32,000 nucleotides of DNA, taken from Nitrosospira multiformis ATCC 25196 (GTDB lineage Bacteria > Pseudomonadota > Gammaproteobacteria > Burkholderiales > Nitrosomonadaceae). The translations under genes were made by a program, and so were the position numbers. The DNA lies in assembly GCF_000196355.1 (NCBI RefSeq), contig NC_007614.1, positions 210,001 to 242,000 of the forward strand. The letters run 5' to 3'. Within the stretch, counting starts at the first letter, position 1. Each line of letters starts with the position of its first letter. Positions 1 through 9,805 of this stretch are shown here, piece by piece. The notes under the pieces were generated by a model. The model saw only the letters and a list, made by a program, of their open reading frames with translations, had not been told where the DNA came from and did no database searches.

Positions 1-636
1 TTCTCCGCCACCATACTGAAAGTTGCCCAGGGGGGCTGGTTCCCGCTCGTAATCGGGTCCGTCATTTTTTTCATCATGATCACCTGGAGTCGTGGACGAC
101 AAATGCTGGTCGATCACCTGCGCTCCGTTGCCATACCGCTCCAGTCCTTCCTCGAATCGCTTATTGCGCATCCCCCCACGCGGGTCGCGGGGACCTCGGT
201 TTTCTTGACGGCCAATCCTGACGGTGTACCCCACGCCCTGTTGCATAATCTTGCCCATAATCAGGTCCTGCACGAGCGTGTGGTTTTCCTCACGGTGACA
301 TACCAGGAAACTCCCTGGGTGCCGGTAGAACAGCGCATCTCGATAAAGCCACTTATGGAAAACTGTTACCAGATCACGGTGCGGTACGGCTTCAAGGATG
401 AAGCGAATCTGCCGTACGCACTCGAATTGTGTGAACCGCATGGCCTCGTGTTCGAACCCTTGAGGACCTCCTACTTCCTGAGTCGCGAGATCGTGGTACC
501 CAGTCCGGGTACGGGCATGTCCCTGTGGCGTGAGCGCCTGTTCGCGGCCATGGTGCGCAACGCCAGCAACGCCGCGGAATACTTCAAACTGCCGGCAAAC
601 CGTGTACTTGAACTAGGGGCGAGAGTAGAGATTTAG
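1..636 (+). CDS. kup: KUP-family low-affinity potassium transporter, C-terminal fragment (5' end outside window)
   Basis: Frame 1 is open from base 1 (FSATILKVAQGGWFPLVIGSVIFFIMITWSRGRQMLVDHL...), typical of the last TM segment and cytosolic tail of Kup. It ends at the stop at 634-636; the track ORF at 76 is an internal Met. Confidence 0.88.
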   Translation, partial: FSATILKVAQGGWFPLVIGSVIFFIMITWSRGRQMLVDHLRSVAIPLQSFLESLIAHPPTRVAGTSVFLTANPDGVPHALLHNLAHNQVLHERVVFLTVTYQETPWVPVEQRISIKPLMENCYQITVRYGFKDEANLPYALELCEPHGLVFEPLRTSYFLSREIVVPSPGTGMSLWRERLFAAMVRNASNAAEYFKLPANRVLELGARVEI

Positions 637-701
637 AGAGACTGTTCCTCCGCTTCGGGTACCTCCGCCTCCTCGAGCGACGGTAACTGCCACTTCCTCT
701 C

Positions 702-727
702 AAAACCCGCTCCGGCGGGTTTTTGTT
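702..727. terminator. Putative intrinsic terminator downstream of kup
   Basis: AAAACCCGC-TCCG-GCGGGTTTT forms a perfect 9 bp stem followed by a T-rich stretch, 65 bp after the kup stop. Confidence 0.65.
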
Positions 728-881
728 TAACCCGCTCGACATTTCTAACAAATCGACGGACCACGCAAAAGGTAAAACTTGGCATTTTTAGTATCCCTTA
801 TCCATTTATCCGTAAAACCCCATGTGAGTTAGATTGCCAGCTTGAGGAATTTTAGCGTGACCATTGAAGCATCAGCCTTGA

Positions 882-3800
882 GTGATGGATACAGAGATCC
901 ACAATCCCCATATCCCTGGCGGGCGTCCGCCCTCCCGACCGGCTATCGCCGCTCTCACTTTCGTGATTTTTATGTCGCTTACCCTAGCGAGCTGGTCTGT
1001 CGTACAGGATCTGCAGGAACGGCATGAAAATACTCGATTTGATAAGCGGGTAGCAGAAGTCATTCACAAGATCGAGCATCACTTTTCAGGGTATGAACAG
1101 GTGTTGAAAGGGGCGCTGGGACACCTGCTTGCCTCCCCCTCCGTTTCCCGGAACGAATGGCGCACATATGTGAATGCACTGCGAATAAACGACCGGTATC
1201 CGGGCATTCACGGTATCGGTTTCGCCAAATATATCCCGCGGTCAGGGCTTGCCGCCCATACTGAAGAAGTACGCGCGGAAGGTTTTCCGTCCTACAAAGT
1301 CTGGCCTGGAACCCCGCGCCAGGAGTATACCTCCATCATATATCTCGAACCCTTTACGGGATCAAATCTGCGTGCGTTCGGATATGACATGTTTTCAAAT
1401 GCTGTTCGACGCGCCGCCATGTCCCGTGCGCGCGATACGGGAGAAGTCGCGCTTACCCGCAAAGTGAAGCTCGTGCAGGAAACCGGTGAGGATATTCAGG
1501 CAGGCGTCCTTATGTATCTCCCCTACTATGGTGCTGCAAATCTGCCGAAAACGGTGGAAGAAAGGCGCGCATCATTGGGTGGCTATGTATATGCTCCGTT
1601 CAGAATGGTTGACTTCGTACGCGCCACCCTTGGGAGCGAACTTGATATCCTCGATCTGAGAATTTTCGATGGAAAAGCAATGGCAGAGGATTCTCTTCTT
1701 TTCGACAGCGTAAAACATCGATCTGGGCCGTCGCCCGTACCTAAATTTAAACGGGTCATACCTATATCCTTATATGGTCAAACATGGGCGCTCGAAGCAT
1801 CCTCCCGTCCTGCATTTGAAAAAGCAATAAAGAATTACGAGGCACTCCTCGTTCTGCTGGGCGGATTCGTGGTCAGCATGTTGACTGCCATGGTTTCCTT
1901 TGTCCTTTCGGGGAACAAAGAGAAGGCTGCGGCACTGGGACATGTAAATAAAAAACTGCTGTTGGCCATGGAGGAGCAGCAGGCAACAACACGCGAGCTT
2001 TCAAATGCGAAGCTTCGCACAGAGAGGATTTTGGAAAGTATTACTGACGCGTTTTATACCCTGGATCGGGAATGGCGTTTCACCTATGTGAATAAGGAAG
2101 CCGAGAATCTGCTACAGCGTAATCGCGAGGATCTTCTGGGAAGGGTGTGCTGGGAAGAATTCAAAGAGACAGCAGGAACAACCTTTGATCGCGAATACCA
2201 TCGGGCACTCATGGAAAACAGGACAGTGACGTTTGAGGAATTCTACGTTCCACTGGATGAATGGTTCGAGGTACATGCTTATCCATCTGAAGAAGGCTTG
2301 ACTGTTTATTTCCGCGATATTACCGAACGCAAGGAGTCTGAGCAGGCGCGGCAGGAAGCCCACGTTCGTATCCGCCAGCAAGCTTCCCTTCTCGACAAGG
2401 CAACGGATGCGATCATTGTTTTCGGAATGGATAATTGTATTGAATTCTGGAACCAAGGCGCGGAACGGCTCTATGGATGGACGTCCGAAGAGGTGATGGG
2501 AAGAGAGGTTGAGATGTTATATGACAATGTTGCCGTTTTCGATGAAGCAAACCGGGCGCTGCTCAGTTCCGGCGAATGGAGAGGAGAACTTGCGCAGCGA
2601 CGCAGGGACCAGAGTATGCTGAACGTGGAGGCCCATTGGACGCTGGTCAGAAATGACGACGGAGAGCCTCAGGCTATCTTCGCGATCAATACAGATATTA
2701 CCCAGCGCAAGAGCGCCGAGAACGAAATCCTGCATCTCGCCTTATACGATTCTTTGACGGGTTTGCCCAATAGGCGGCTCTTGCTGGATCGCCTCGGGCA
2801 TGCATTAGCGGTGAGTGCTCGCAATCAGCGCATGGGCGCGTTACTGTTTATCGACCTCGATAACTTCAAGCTGCTGAATGATACGCTGGGGCATGACATG
2901 GGTGACCTGCTGCTTCGGCAGGTCGCGCCGCGCCTGTCCTCTTGCGTACGCGAAAGCGATACGGTAGCTCGCTTGGGCGGAGATGAGTTTGTGGTGATAT
3001 TGATGGGTGACTTTGGCGAAGATCATGATGAGGCTCTTACCCAGATAAGCACCATTTGCGAAAGGATACGCAGCGCCTTCATTCAGCCGTTTAATCTCGA
3101 TCCATACATCCATCACATTACACCCAGCATCGGTATTGCACTGTTTAACGATCAGTCCCAAACAACAAACGAACTCCTGAAGCGGGCAGACCTCGCTATG
3201 TATCAGGCAAAAGCATCGGGCCGCAATGCCATGCGTTTTTTCGATCCGGACATGCAAGCAGCAATGAATGCCCGAGCCATTCTCGAGTCGGAGTTATACA
3301 AAAGCTGGGAGAGAAACGAGTTCATTCTCCATTATCAGCTGCAGGTGGACAGCCGGGGGATTATCGGTGCTGAAGCGCTGGTGCGATGGCAGCACCCGCG
3401 CCGGGGTCTTTTGCCCCCCTCCGAATTCATTCCACAGGCAGAGGAAACCGGTCTGATTCTTCCTTTGGGCGAGTGGGTGCTGGAAACCGCATGCAACCAA
3501 CTGGCAAGCTGGGCACTTCAACCGGAGACAGTACAGCTCAATCTCTCTGTGAATGTCAGTTCCCTCCAGTTTTGCCAGCCCGATTTTGTCGAGCAAGTAA
3601 TTTCAATACTCGACCGCACAGGCGCCAATCCACAAAGACTCAAGCTTGAGCTTACCGAAAGCATTCTGGTCCATGATATGGACGATACCATTGCAAAAAT
3701 GATGACACTCAAAGCCCGAGGGGTGGGCTTTGCGCTGGATGACTTTGGCATCGGCTATTCCTCACTCTACTATCTGAAACGTCTGCCGCTGGATTGGGTA

Positions 3801-4049
3801 AAAATTGATCGGTCATTTGTGAGAGACGTGCTGACCGATAATAATGATGCAACGATCGTTCGAACGATCCTGCTCCTTGCTAAAAGCATGGGGTTGGCGG
3901 TAATTGCCGAAGGAGTGGAAACCGGAGCACAAAAAGATTTTCTTGCTAGCCACGGTTGTACTGCTTATCAGGGGTACCTGTTCAGCCGGCCTCTGCCTTT
4001 AGAGCAGTTTGAGCGGTTTGTGCAGCCGGCTGCGGGAGGGGCTGTGTAA
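882..4049 (+). CDS. Membrane CHASE-PAS-PAS-GGDEF-EAL sensor (cyclic-di-GMP signalling protein)
   Basis: N-terminal TM, CHASE-like segment (GIHGIGFAKYIPR...LMYLPYYG), second TM, two PAS-like regions, RESD-TVARL-GGDEF, and GAEALVRW...DDFGIGYSSLYYL...VKIDRSFV. The track start is GTG at 882; ATG at 885 is equally possible. Confidence 0.9.
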   Translation: MMDTEIHNPHIPGGRPPSRPAIAALTFVIFMSLTLASWSVVQDLQERHENTRFDKRVAEVIHKIEHHFSGYEQVLKGALGHLLASPSVSRNEWRTYVNALRINDRYPGIHGIGFAKYIPRSGLAAHTEEVRAEGFPSYKVWPGTPRQEYTSIIYLEPFTGSNLRAFGYDMFSNAVRRAAMSRARDTGEVALTRKVKLVQETGEDIQAGVLMYLPYYGAANLPKTVEERRASLGGYVYAPFRMVDFVRATLGSELDILDLRIFDGKAMAEDSLLFDSVKHRSGPSPVPKFKRVIPISLYGQTWALEASSRPAFEKAIKNYEALLVLLGGFVVSMLTAMVSFVLSGNKEKAAALGHVNKKLLLAMEEQQATTRELSNAKLRTERILESITDAFYTLDREWRFTYVNKEAENLLQRNREDLLGRVCWEEFKETAGTTFDREYHRALMENRTVTFEEFYVPLDEWFEVHAYPSEEGLTVYFRDITERKESEQARQEAHVRIRQQASLLDKATDAIIVFGMDNCIEFWNQGAERLYGWTSEEVMGREVEMLYDNVAVFDEANRALLSSGEWRGELAQRRRDQSMLNVEAHWTLVRNDDGEPQAIFAINTDITQRKSAENEILHLALYDSLTGLPNRRLLLDRLGHALAVSARNQRMGALLFIDLDNFKLLNDTLGHDMGDLLLRQVAPRLSSCVRESDTVARLGGDEFVVILMGDFGEDHDEALTQISTICERIRSAFIQPFNLDPYIHHITPSIGIALFNDQSQTTNELLKRADLAMYQAKASGRNAMRFFDPDMQAAMNARAILESELYKSWERNEFILHYQLQVDSRGIIGAEALVRWQHPRRGLLPPSEFIPQAEETGLILPLGEWVLETACNQLASWALQPETVQLNLSVNVSSLQFCQPDFVEQVISILDRTGANPQRLKLELTESILVHDMDDTIAKMMTLKARGVGFALDDFGIGYSSLYYLKRLPLDWVKIDRSFVRDVLTDNNDATIVRTILLLAKSMGLAVIAEGVETGAQKDFLASHGCTAYQGYLFSRPLPLEQFERFVQPAAGGAV

Positions 4050-4203
4050 GTTAGAAAGCTGGTTAAGTTAGAATCCAGGGATCGGTGAACCGATACCCGG
4101 GGTTTGAACACGCACAACCAGCAGAATTACCAGCAGAACTACCTGAGTCAGGAGAGATCTTCTGGCCGATATGATGAGACTCAAAAATTAGCGGGAGGAA
4201 TAC

Positions 4204-4236
4204 ATGGAATGCTTCGTCCCTTCGGCCGCTGGATAA
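4204..4236 (+). other. Putative 11-codon minicistron (MECFVPSAAG*) preceding sbcD
   Basis: GGAGG at 4194-4198 lies 5 nt before ATG 4204. The ORF stops at TAA 4234-4236, 4 nt before the sbcD ATG at 4241. Confidence 0.35.
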
Positions 4237-4240
4237 CAGG

Positions 4241-5470
4241 ATGAAACTCTTCCATACCTCCGACTGGCACATCGGCCGGACCCTATATGGCAGAAAGCGG
4301 TACGAGGAATTCGAGGCATTTCTGACGTGGCTGGCAGAAACGATTCAGAGGAACGAAATCGATGTCCTCCTGGTAGCCGGTGATATCTTTGATACCAGTG
4401 CTCCAAGCAATCGTGCCCAGGAGCTCTACTACCGCTTTCTCTGGAAGATAGCAGCTTCACCCTGCCGCCATGTGGTCATCGTCGCGGGTAATCACGATTC
4501 CCCTTCATTTCTGAATGCACCCAGGGCGCTGCTCAAAGCCCTTGATGTCCATGTGATCGGTAGCCCCTCAGCATCCCTTGAAGATGAAGTACTGGTACTC
4601 CGAAATGAGCAAGGGGTGCCCGAGCTAATTGTTTGCGCCGTGCCGTATCTTCGTGACAAAGACATCCGCGTGGCGGAAGCCGGCGAGAGTGTCGAGGATA
4701 AGGAACGGAAGCTGCTCGTCGGTATTCGCGATCACTACGCTGCCATAGCCGCCCTGGCTGAACAGAAGCGTGTGGAACTCGGGGTGGATATTCCCATCGT
4801 TGCCACGGGCCACCTTTTCGCCGCCGGAGGGCAAACTATCGAGGGTGACGGCGTGCGGGACCTGTATGTCGGTTCGCTGGCTCAGGTGAGTGCGGGGATT
4901 TTTCCTGAATGCTTCAACTACCTTGCGCTGGGCCACCTCCATGTCCCGCAGAAGGTAAACGGTTCCGAGATCATGCGATACAGTGGCTCTCCTCTCCCCA
5001 TGGGGTTCGGGGAGGCCAGACAACAGAAGAGCGTTTGCCAGGTTGAATTCCACAGTACCGCCGCGTCTGTTCAATTGATCGATGTGCCGGTGTTTCAGAA
5101 GCTCGAACGTATCAAGGGAGACTGGGACAGCATCTCCACTCAGATTCGTAAACTGTCAGAGACCGGCTCTCAAGCATGGCTCGAAGTCATCTACGAAGGT
5201 GAAGAAGTAATCGGCGACCTGCGCGAGCGCCTGGAAATCGCCATTACCGACACCCAAATGGAAATTCTGCGGGTGAAGAACAACCCTGTTATCGATCGCG
5301 TCCTTGGAAAAATCCATGAAGAAGAAACACTGGACGATCTCAGTGTGAATGACGTATTCGAGCGATGCCTGACCGTACATGAAGTGCCTGAAGACCAGCG
5401 GCCAGAATTACTTCGTGCTTATCAGGAAGCGCTTTCGTCTCTCTATGAGGACGACATGCAAGCGGAATAG
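4241..5470 (+). CDS. sbcD: Exonuclease SbcCD, nuclease subunit D
   Basis: MKLFHTSDWHIGRTLYGRKR, VAGDIFDTSAPS, VIVAGNHDSP and TGHLFA metallophosphatase motifs; directly followed by sbcC. Confidence 0.95.
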   Translation: MKLFHTSDWHIGRTLYGRKRYEEFEAFLTWLAETIQRNEIDVLLVAGDIFDTSAPSNRAQELYYRFLWKIAASPCRHVVIVAGNHDSPSFLNAPRALLKALDVHVIGSPSASLEDEVLVLRNEQGVPELIVCAVPYLRDKDIRVAEAGESVEDKERKLLVGIRDHYAAIAALAEQKRVELGVDIPIVATGHLFAAGGQTIEGDGVRDLYVGSLAQVSAGIFPECFNYLALGHLHVPQKVNGSEIMRYSGSPLPMGFGEARQQKSVCQVEFHSTAASVQLIDVPVFQKLERIKGDWDSISTQIRKLSETGSQAWLEVIYEGEEVIGDLRERLEIAITDTQMEILRVKNNPVIDRVLGKIHEEETLDDLSVNDVFERCLTVHEVPEDQRPELLRAYQEALSSLYEDDMQAE

Positions 5471-5481
5471 AGAGGCTGTCG

Positions 5482-8400
5482 ATGAAGATATTGCAGGTAC
5501 GATTCAAGAATCTGAACTCGCTGATGGGTGAATGGGAAATCGACCTGACGCATCCCGCCTTTACCTCCGACGGTATTTTTGCCATCACCGGTCCGACCGG
5601 TGCCGGGAAGACAACCATCCTCGATGCCATCTGCCTCGCTCTCTACGGGCGGACCCCTCGGTTGAGCAAGGTCACCAAAAGCGGAAACGAGATAATGTCC
5701 CGTCAGATCGGCGAATGTTTTGCTGAAGTGACGTTTGAGACACAGGCCGGTCGTTTCCGTTGCCACTGGAGCCAGCACCGGGCACGTAAAAAACCGGATG
5801 GAGAACTACAGGCTCCGAAACATGAGATTGCTCATGCCGATTCGGGGAAGATTTTCGAATCCAAAATCAAGGGAGTTGCTGACCGGATCGAGGCGGCTAC
5901 CGGTATGGATTTCGACCAATTCACCCGCTCCATGTTGCTGGCTCAGGGAGGCTTTGCCGCATTCCTGCAGGCTTTACCCGATGAGCGAGCGCCGATCCTG
6001 GAGCAGATAACGGGCACGGAGATTTATAGCAAAATATCGATCCGCGTCCATGAGCGCCAGCGTGAAGAGCGGGAGAAACTGAACCTGCTTCAGGCTGAAA
6101 CAGCCGGTATCGTGATTCTGGAGCAGGAACAGGAAAAAGATATTCAACAAGAACTCGAGTTAAAACAGAAAGAAGAGTCCGCTCTGACCAGAAAATTAAT
6201 GGATACGGATAAAGCCATCACGTGGCTGAAGGCCGTAGATGGACTGAGGAGGGAAATCGAGGATCTGACAGCAGAAGCGAGCAAACTGCAAGCCGACATC
6301 GACATTTTTAAACCAGAGCGTGACAAACTCAGCCGGGCAATTCAGGCAGCGTCACTGGAAGGTTCCTACGCGACGTTGACAGCAATCCGAACACAACATG
6401 CGGATGAGCAGAAGGCAGTGAAAACTGAGGAAGCAGTCCTTCCTCAACTGGCATCCTCTGCAAAGGAACAGGCTGAATCCCTGAAATTGGCTGAGCAGCA
6501 GTCCACCAGAGCCAAAGCGGAGCTGGAAGCTGCTTTACCGCTCATCAGGAAGGTCCGTTCGCTCGATCAGACGCTTGCCGATCAGAAAAAGGCTATTTCG
6601 AAAGATGAAGACAGCTGCAGGAAAGACACGAAACAGATCGATGCTGACAGAGAGGTCAAGCTGAAAGAACAGGTGAAACGCGCCGATGCTGAAAAGAATC
6701 TGAAGGTTGCTGAAGATTATCTCAAGGAGAACGCTCGGGATGAGTGGCTGATAAGCGGTCTGGCCGGTGTTGAGGAACAACTGGAAAATTTGCTCTCCAG
6801 GCAAAAGGAAATAGCAAAAAAAGAGGTCGATAAAGAGAAGGCAGTGACGGCTCTGGAACAGGCAACAAGAAAACTAGCTGCCTGCCGGAAGCAATGCGAG
6901 GCTCGGAAACAGGAGCTGGAGAACGTCTCAAAGAATCTCCAACAAGGCAAAGATAAATTAAACCAGTTATTGGGTGACCGGCTGTTGCGTGAATACCGTG
7001 CAGAAAAGGAAACCCTGCTTCGAGAAATGGTTTTTCTGAAAAAAATAGCGGAACTTGAAGATCACCGAGCCAGATTGGAAGATGGCAAACCCTGTCCGCT
7101 TTGTGGCGCAACGGAGCATCCCTTTGCGGAAGGCAACGTCCCTATTCCCGATGAAATCGAACGGAAGATTGGGGCGCTCACTGAACTGATAAGCAAGGCT
7201 GAGGATCATGAAACCGCTATCAGACATTTTGAGGAAGACGAAGGCACAGCCCGTAAAAATTTGATGGACGGTGAAAAGCAGGAAATAACAGCAGTTAATG
7301 ACAAAAAAACTGCCGGGCAAGTCCTGGCCGGGCTGCAGGAATATCTGGAAAAACTCCAAACTGATATTACCGGACTGAAGCAGACTGTATCAGCCAAACT
7401 CCAACCGCTCGGCATTGAGGAAATTCTGGATTCCAATGTTTCAGCACTGCTGGAATCCTTGCGAGAACGCGTTAAAGCATGGCAGATACAGATCAAGAGA
7501 AAGACTGATATCGAGAAACAGATCGGAGATTTCGATAGCGAGTTGAAAAGGTTGGACGCAGTCATTGAAACTCAAAGCAATGCATTGAATGAAAAACGGG
7601 AATGTCTGCAGTCCCTCAAAGAGGATTGCGCCGCTGGATGCAAAGAGCGGAAAGAATTGTACGGTGATAAAGATCCTGATGATGAAGAACGGCGTTTGAA
7701 CAAGAGTATTTCCGTTTCAGAGGAGGCTGAAAGGAAGGCCAGAGTCCTGCATCATGATCTTCAGCAGAAATTGAATGCTGCCAAGACTCAAATTGAATCT
7801 CTGAAAAAGCGCATTGGTCAAAGAGACCCGGAGCTGAAGGAACTGGAAGCCGGATTTACAGAAGCATTGGGATTAGCTGGTTTTTCGGGTGAAAAACAGT
7901 TTCTTGAAGCCAGGCTCCCGATTGGGCAAAGGGATGCGCTATCTGCAAGGGCAAAAAATCTGGACGGTCACCAAATAGATCTCAAGGCCAGACAAAAGGA
8001 TCGGGAAGCGCGCTTGGCTACGGAAGCTGCCAGGAAGATTACCGACAAATCTCTTGAGGAACTGGAACCGCAATTCAAGGATTCCGAGGAGTCCCTGAAA
8101 CAGCTGCGGGATACTACTATTCGACTTAAACACAAACTGAACGAGAATGCTGCTGCCAAGGAACGGCTGGAGGCAAAGCAAACGGCTATCGGGGCTCAAA
8201 AGATAGAGTGCCGCCGATGGGAAAATCTACACGAATTGATTGGCTCGGCGGACGGAAAGAAATACCGGAATTTTGCCCAGGGACTGACCTTCGAGATGAT
8301 GATCGGTCATGCCAACCGGCAGTTGCAGAAAATGACCGATCGCTATCTGCTGGTTCGCGATGATACTGAGCCTCTGGAACTCAACGTTGTCGACAACTAT

Positions 8401-8748
8401 CAGGCGGGTGAGATTCGGTCCACGAAAAACCTTTCAGGTGGCGAGAGTTTCATCGTCAGCTTGTCGCTGGCGTTGGGACTGTCTCACATGGCCAGCAAAA
8501 ACGTTCGCGTGGATTCGCTTTTTCTGGATGAAGGCTTCGGCACGCTGGATGAAGAAGCATTGGATACCGCTCTGGAAACTCTTGCGAGCCTGCAGCAGGA
8601 GGGTAAGTTGATCGGCGTGATCTCGCATGTCCCAATGCTCAAGGAGCGCATCAGCACACAGATTCTGGTAATTCCTCAAACCGGTGGAAGGAGCGAGATA
8701 TCTGGACCGGGCTGCAGAAGAAACATAACCGGCCAGATTTCCATTTAA
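5482..8748 (+). CDS. sbcC: Exonuclease SbcCD, ATPase subunit C
   Basis: Walker A GPTGAGKTTILDAICLALYG, long coiled coil with zinc hook CPLCG, ABC signature LSGGESF, Walker B DSLFLDEGFGTLD. Confidence 0.95.
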   Translation: MKILQVRFKNLNSLMGEWEIDLTHPAFTSDGIFAITGPTGAGKTTILDAICLALYGRTPRLSKVTKSGNEIMSRQIGECFAEVTFETQAGRFRCHWSQHRARKKPDGELQAPKHEIAHADSGKIFESKIKGVADRIEAATGMDFDQFTRSMLLAQGGFAAFLQALPDERAPILEQITGTEIYSKISIRVHERQREEREKLNLLQAETAGIVILEQEQEKDIQQELELKQKEESALTRKLMDTDKAITWLKAVDGLRREIEDLTAEASKLQADIDIFKPERDKLSRAIQAASLEGSYATLTAIRTQHADEQKAVKTEEAVLPQLASSAKEQAESLKLAEQQSTRAKAELEAALPLIRKVRSLDQTLADQKKAISKDEDSCRKDTKQIDADREVKLKEQVKRADAEKNLKVAEDYLKENARDEWLISGLAGVEEQLENLLSRQKEIAKKEVDKEKAVTALEQATRKLAACRKQCEARKQELENVSKNLQQGKDKLNQLLGDRLLREYRAEKETLLREMVFLKKIAELEDHRARLEDGKPCPLCGATEHPFAEGNVPIPDEIERKIGALTELISKAEDHETAIRHFEEDEGTARKNLMDGEKQEITAVNDKKTAGQVLAGLQEYLEKLQTDITGLKQTVSAKLQPLGIEEILDSNVSALLESLRERVKAWQIQIKRKTDIEKQIGDFDSELKRLDAVIETQSNALNEKRECLQSLKEDCAAGCKERKELYGDKDPDDEERRLNKSISVSEEAERKARVLHHDLQQKLNAAKTQIESLKKRIGQRDPELKELEAGFTEALGLAGFSGEKQFLEARLPIGQRDALSARAKNLDGHQIDLKARQKDREARLATEAARKITDKSLEELEPQFKDSEESLKQLRDTTIRLKHKLNENAAAKERLEAKQTAIGAQKIECRRWENLHELIGSADGKKYRNFAQGLTFEMMIGHANRQLQKMTDRYLLVRDDTEPLELNVVDNYQAGEIRSTKNLSGGESFIVSLSLALGLSHMASKNVRVDSLFLDEGFGTLDEEALDTALETLASLQQEGKLIGVISHVPMLKERISTQILVIPQTGGRSEISGPGCRRNITGQISI

Positions 8749-8903
8749 CCGTAAAGCTTGCGTATTTCACATAGCGGTTGGTGAGAGTACGTGGCCTGAT
8801 GAATCTTTGCTTCAGGTTATAGCCTTCCGCAGGTACGGTTGAAGATCAAGTTCATTGCTTTATCTTCCAATTACTTGGAGTATTTTCCAAGGGTGAACAA
8901 GAA

Positions 8904-8980
8904 TGGCGCGCCCAACACGATTCGAACGTGTGACCCCCGCCTTCGGAGGGCGGTACTCTATCCAGCTGAGCTATGGGCGC
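8904..8980 (-). tRNA. tRNA-Arg (anticodon CCG)
   Basis: The reverse complement GCGCCCATAGCTCAGCTGGATAGAGTACCGCCCTCCGAAGGCGG...ACACGTTCGAATCGTGTTGGGCGCGCCA folds as a cloverleaf. The anticodon loop is CTCCGAA and the CCA end is encoded. Confidence 0.95.
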
Positions 8981-9118
8981 GGATGGAAGGCATTTTTGAA
9001 TCGGGCGCATAGGATAACGCTTTTTAACCCCTCCGTCCAACCTGAATAAAACCGCTTTTGCTTGAATACATGAACCTATACAATAAACATTCTTAACGTT
9101 TATTACTGGGGAGTTATT

Positions 9119-9676
9119 GTGAGCGACGTTGAAGACGAAGGGCATTCCACGCCTATCCAGACACCGGGTCAGTTGATTGTTGTTGTCCTGGCCGCTTTCA
9201 TAGTTCCAGTCGTTGTCTTATCATTGATCGGGCGGTTTGCCATCGGTGAAAGCTCCATGGATCCAAGCAGTCCCGCTTTTTCGGAAGAAGCCGTAGCGAG
9301 GCGTCTTCATCCGGTAGGCAAGCTGGTGATTGCAGGCGATTCCACCCAGTCCGCAGCGCAAACAGGGGAAGGCACAGTCGTGGCTGCGGCCCCTCCCGCA
9401 ACTGCCAGCGCCGCTCCTGCGGCGGAAGACCCGGCGGAAAAAGCCAAGAAAATTTACACCGCCAGTTGCTCCGCCTGTCATGCCACCGGCGCCGCCGGCG
9501 CACCCAAAGTGGGAGACAATGCAGCGTGGGCGCCCCGCATCAAGGCAGGTACGGAGACGCTTTATACCAGCGCATTGAAAGGCAAGAATGCCATGCCGCC
9601 CAAAGGTGGAAACGCGGGGCTGTCTGATGACGACGTCAAGGCGGTGGTCGACTACATGGTCAGCCAGTCCAAATGA
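9119..9676 (+). CDS. Membrane-anchored cytochrome c, c5-like
   Basis: GTG start, N-terminal TM (LIVVVLAAFIVPVVVLSLIG), Ala/Pro linker, CSACH haem motif, distal NAMPPKGG Met ligand region. Confidence 0.88.
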   Translation: MSDVEDEGHSTPIQTPGQLIVVVLAAFIVPVVVLSLIGRFAIGESSMDPSSPAFSEEAVARRLHPVGKLVIAGDSTQSAAQTGEGTVVAAAPPATASAAPAAEDPAEKAKKIYTASCSACHATGAAGAPKVGDNAAWAPRIKAGTETLYTSALKGKNAMPPKGGNAGLSDDDVKAVVDYMVSQSK

Positions 9677-9805
9677 CCTGTTGGGAAGTTGAAGCCGGAG
9701 CGGGATGCGGCGGGCGATGGGGAGAATTTCATATCGCCCTTGTTTTTTCAAGATAACCGGTTCATTTCGTTGCCTTCAGCCTGTTGGTAATCGTTTTTCC
9801 ATCTC

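Noticed and set aside
4149-4180. Short imperfect direct repeats (such as CCAGCAGAA) between the GGDEF-EAL gene and sbcD
   Set aside because: Actual copies lie in the 4110-4140 area and are short; compatible with chance in this intergenic region.
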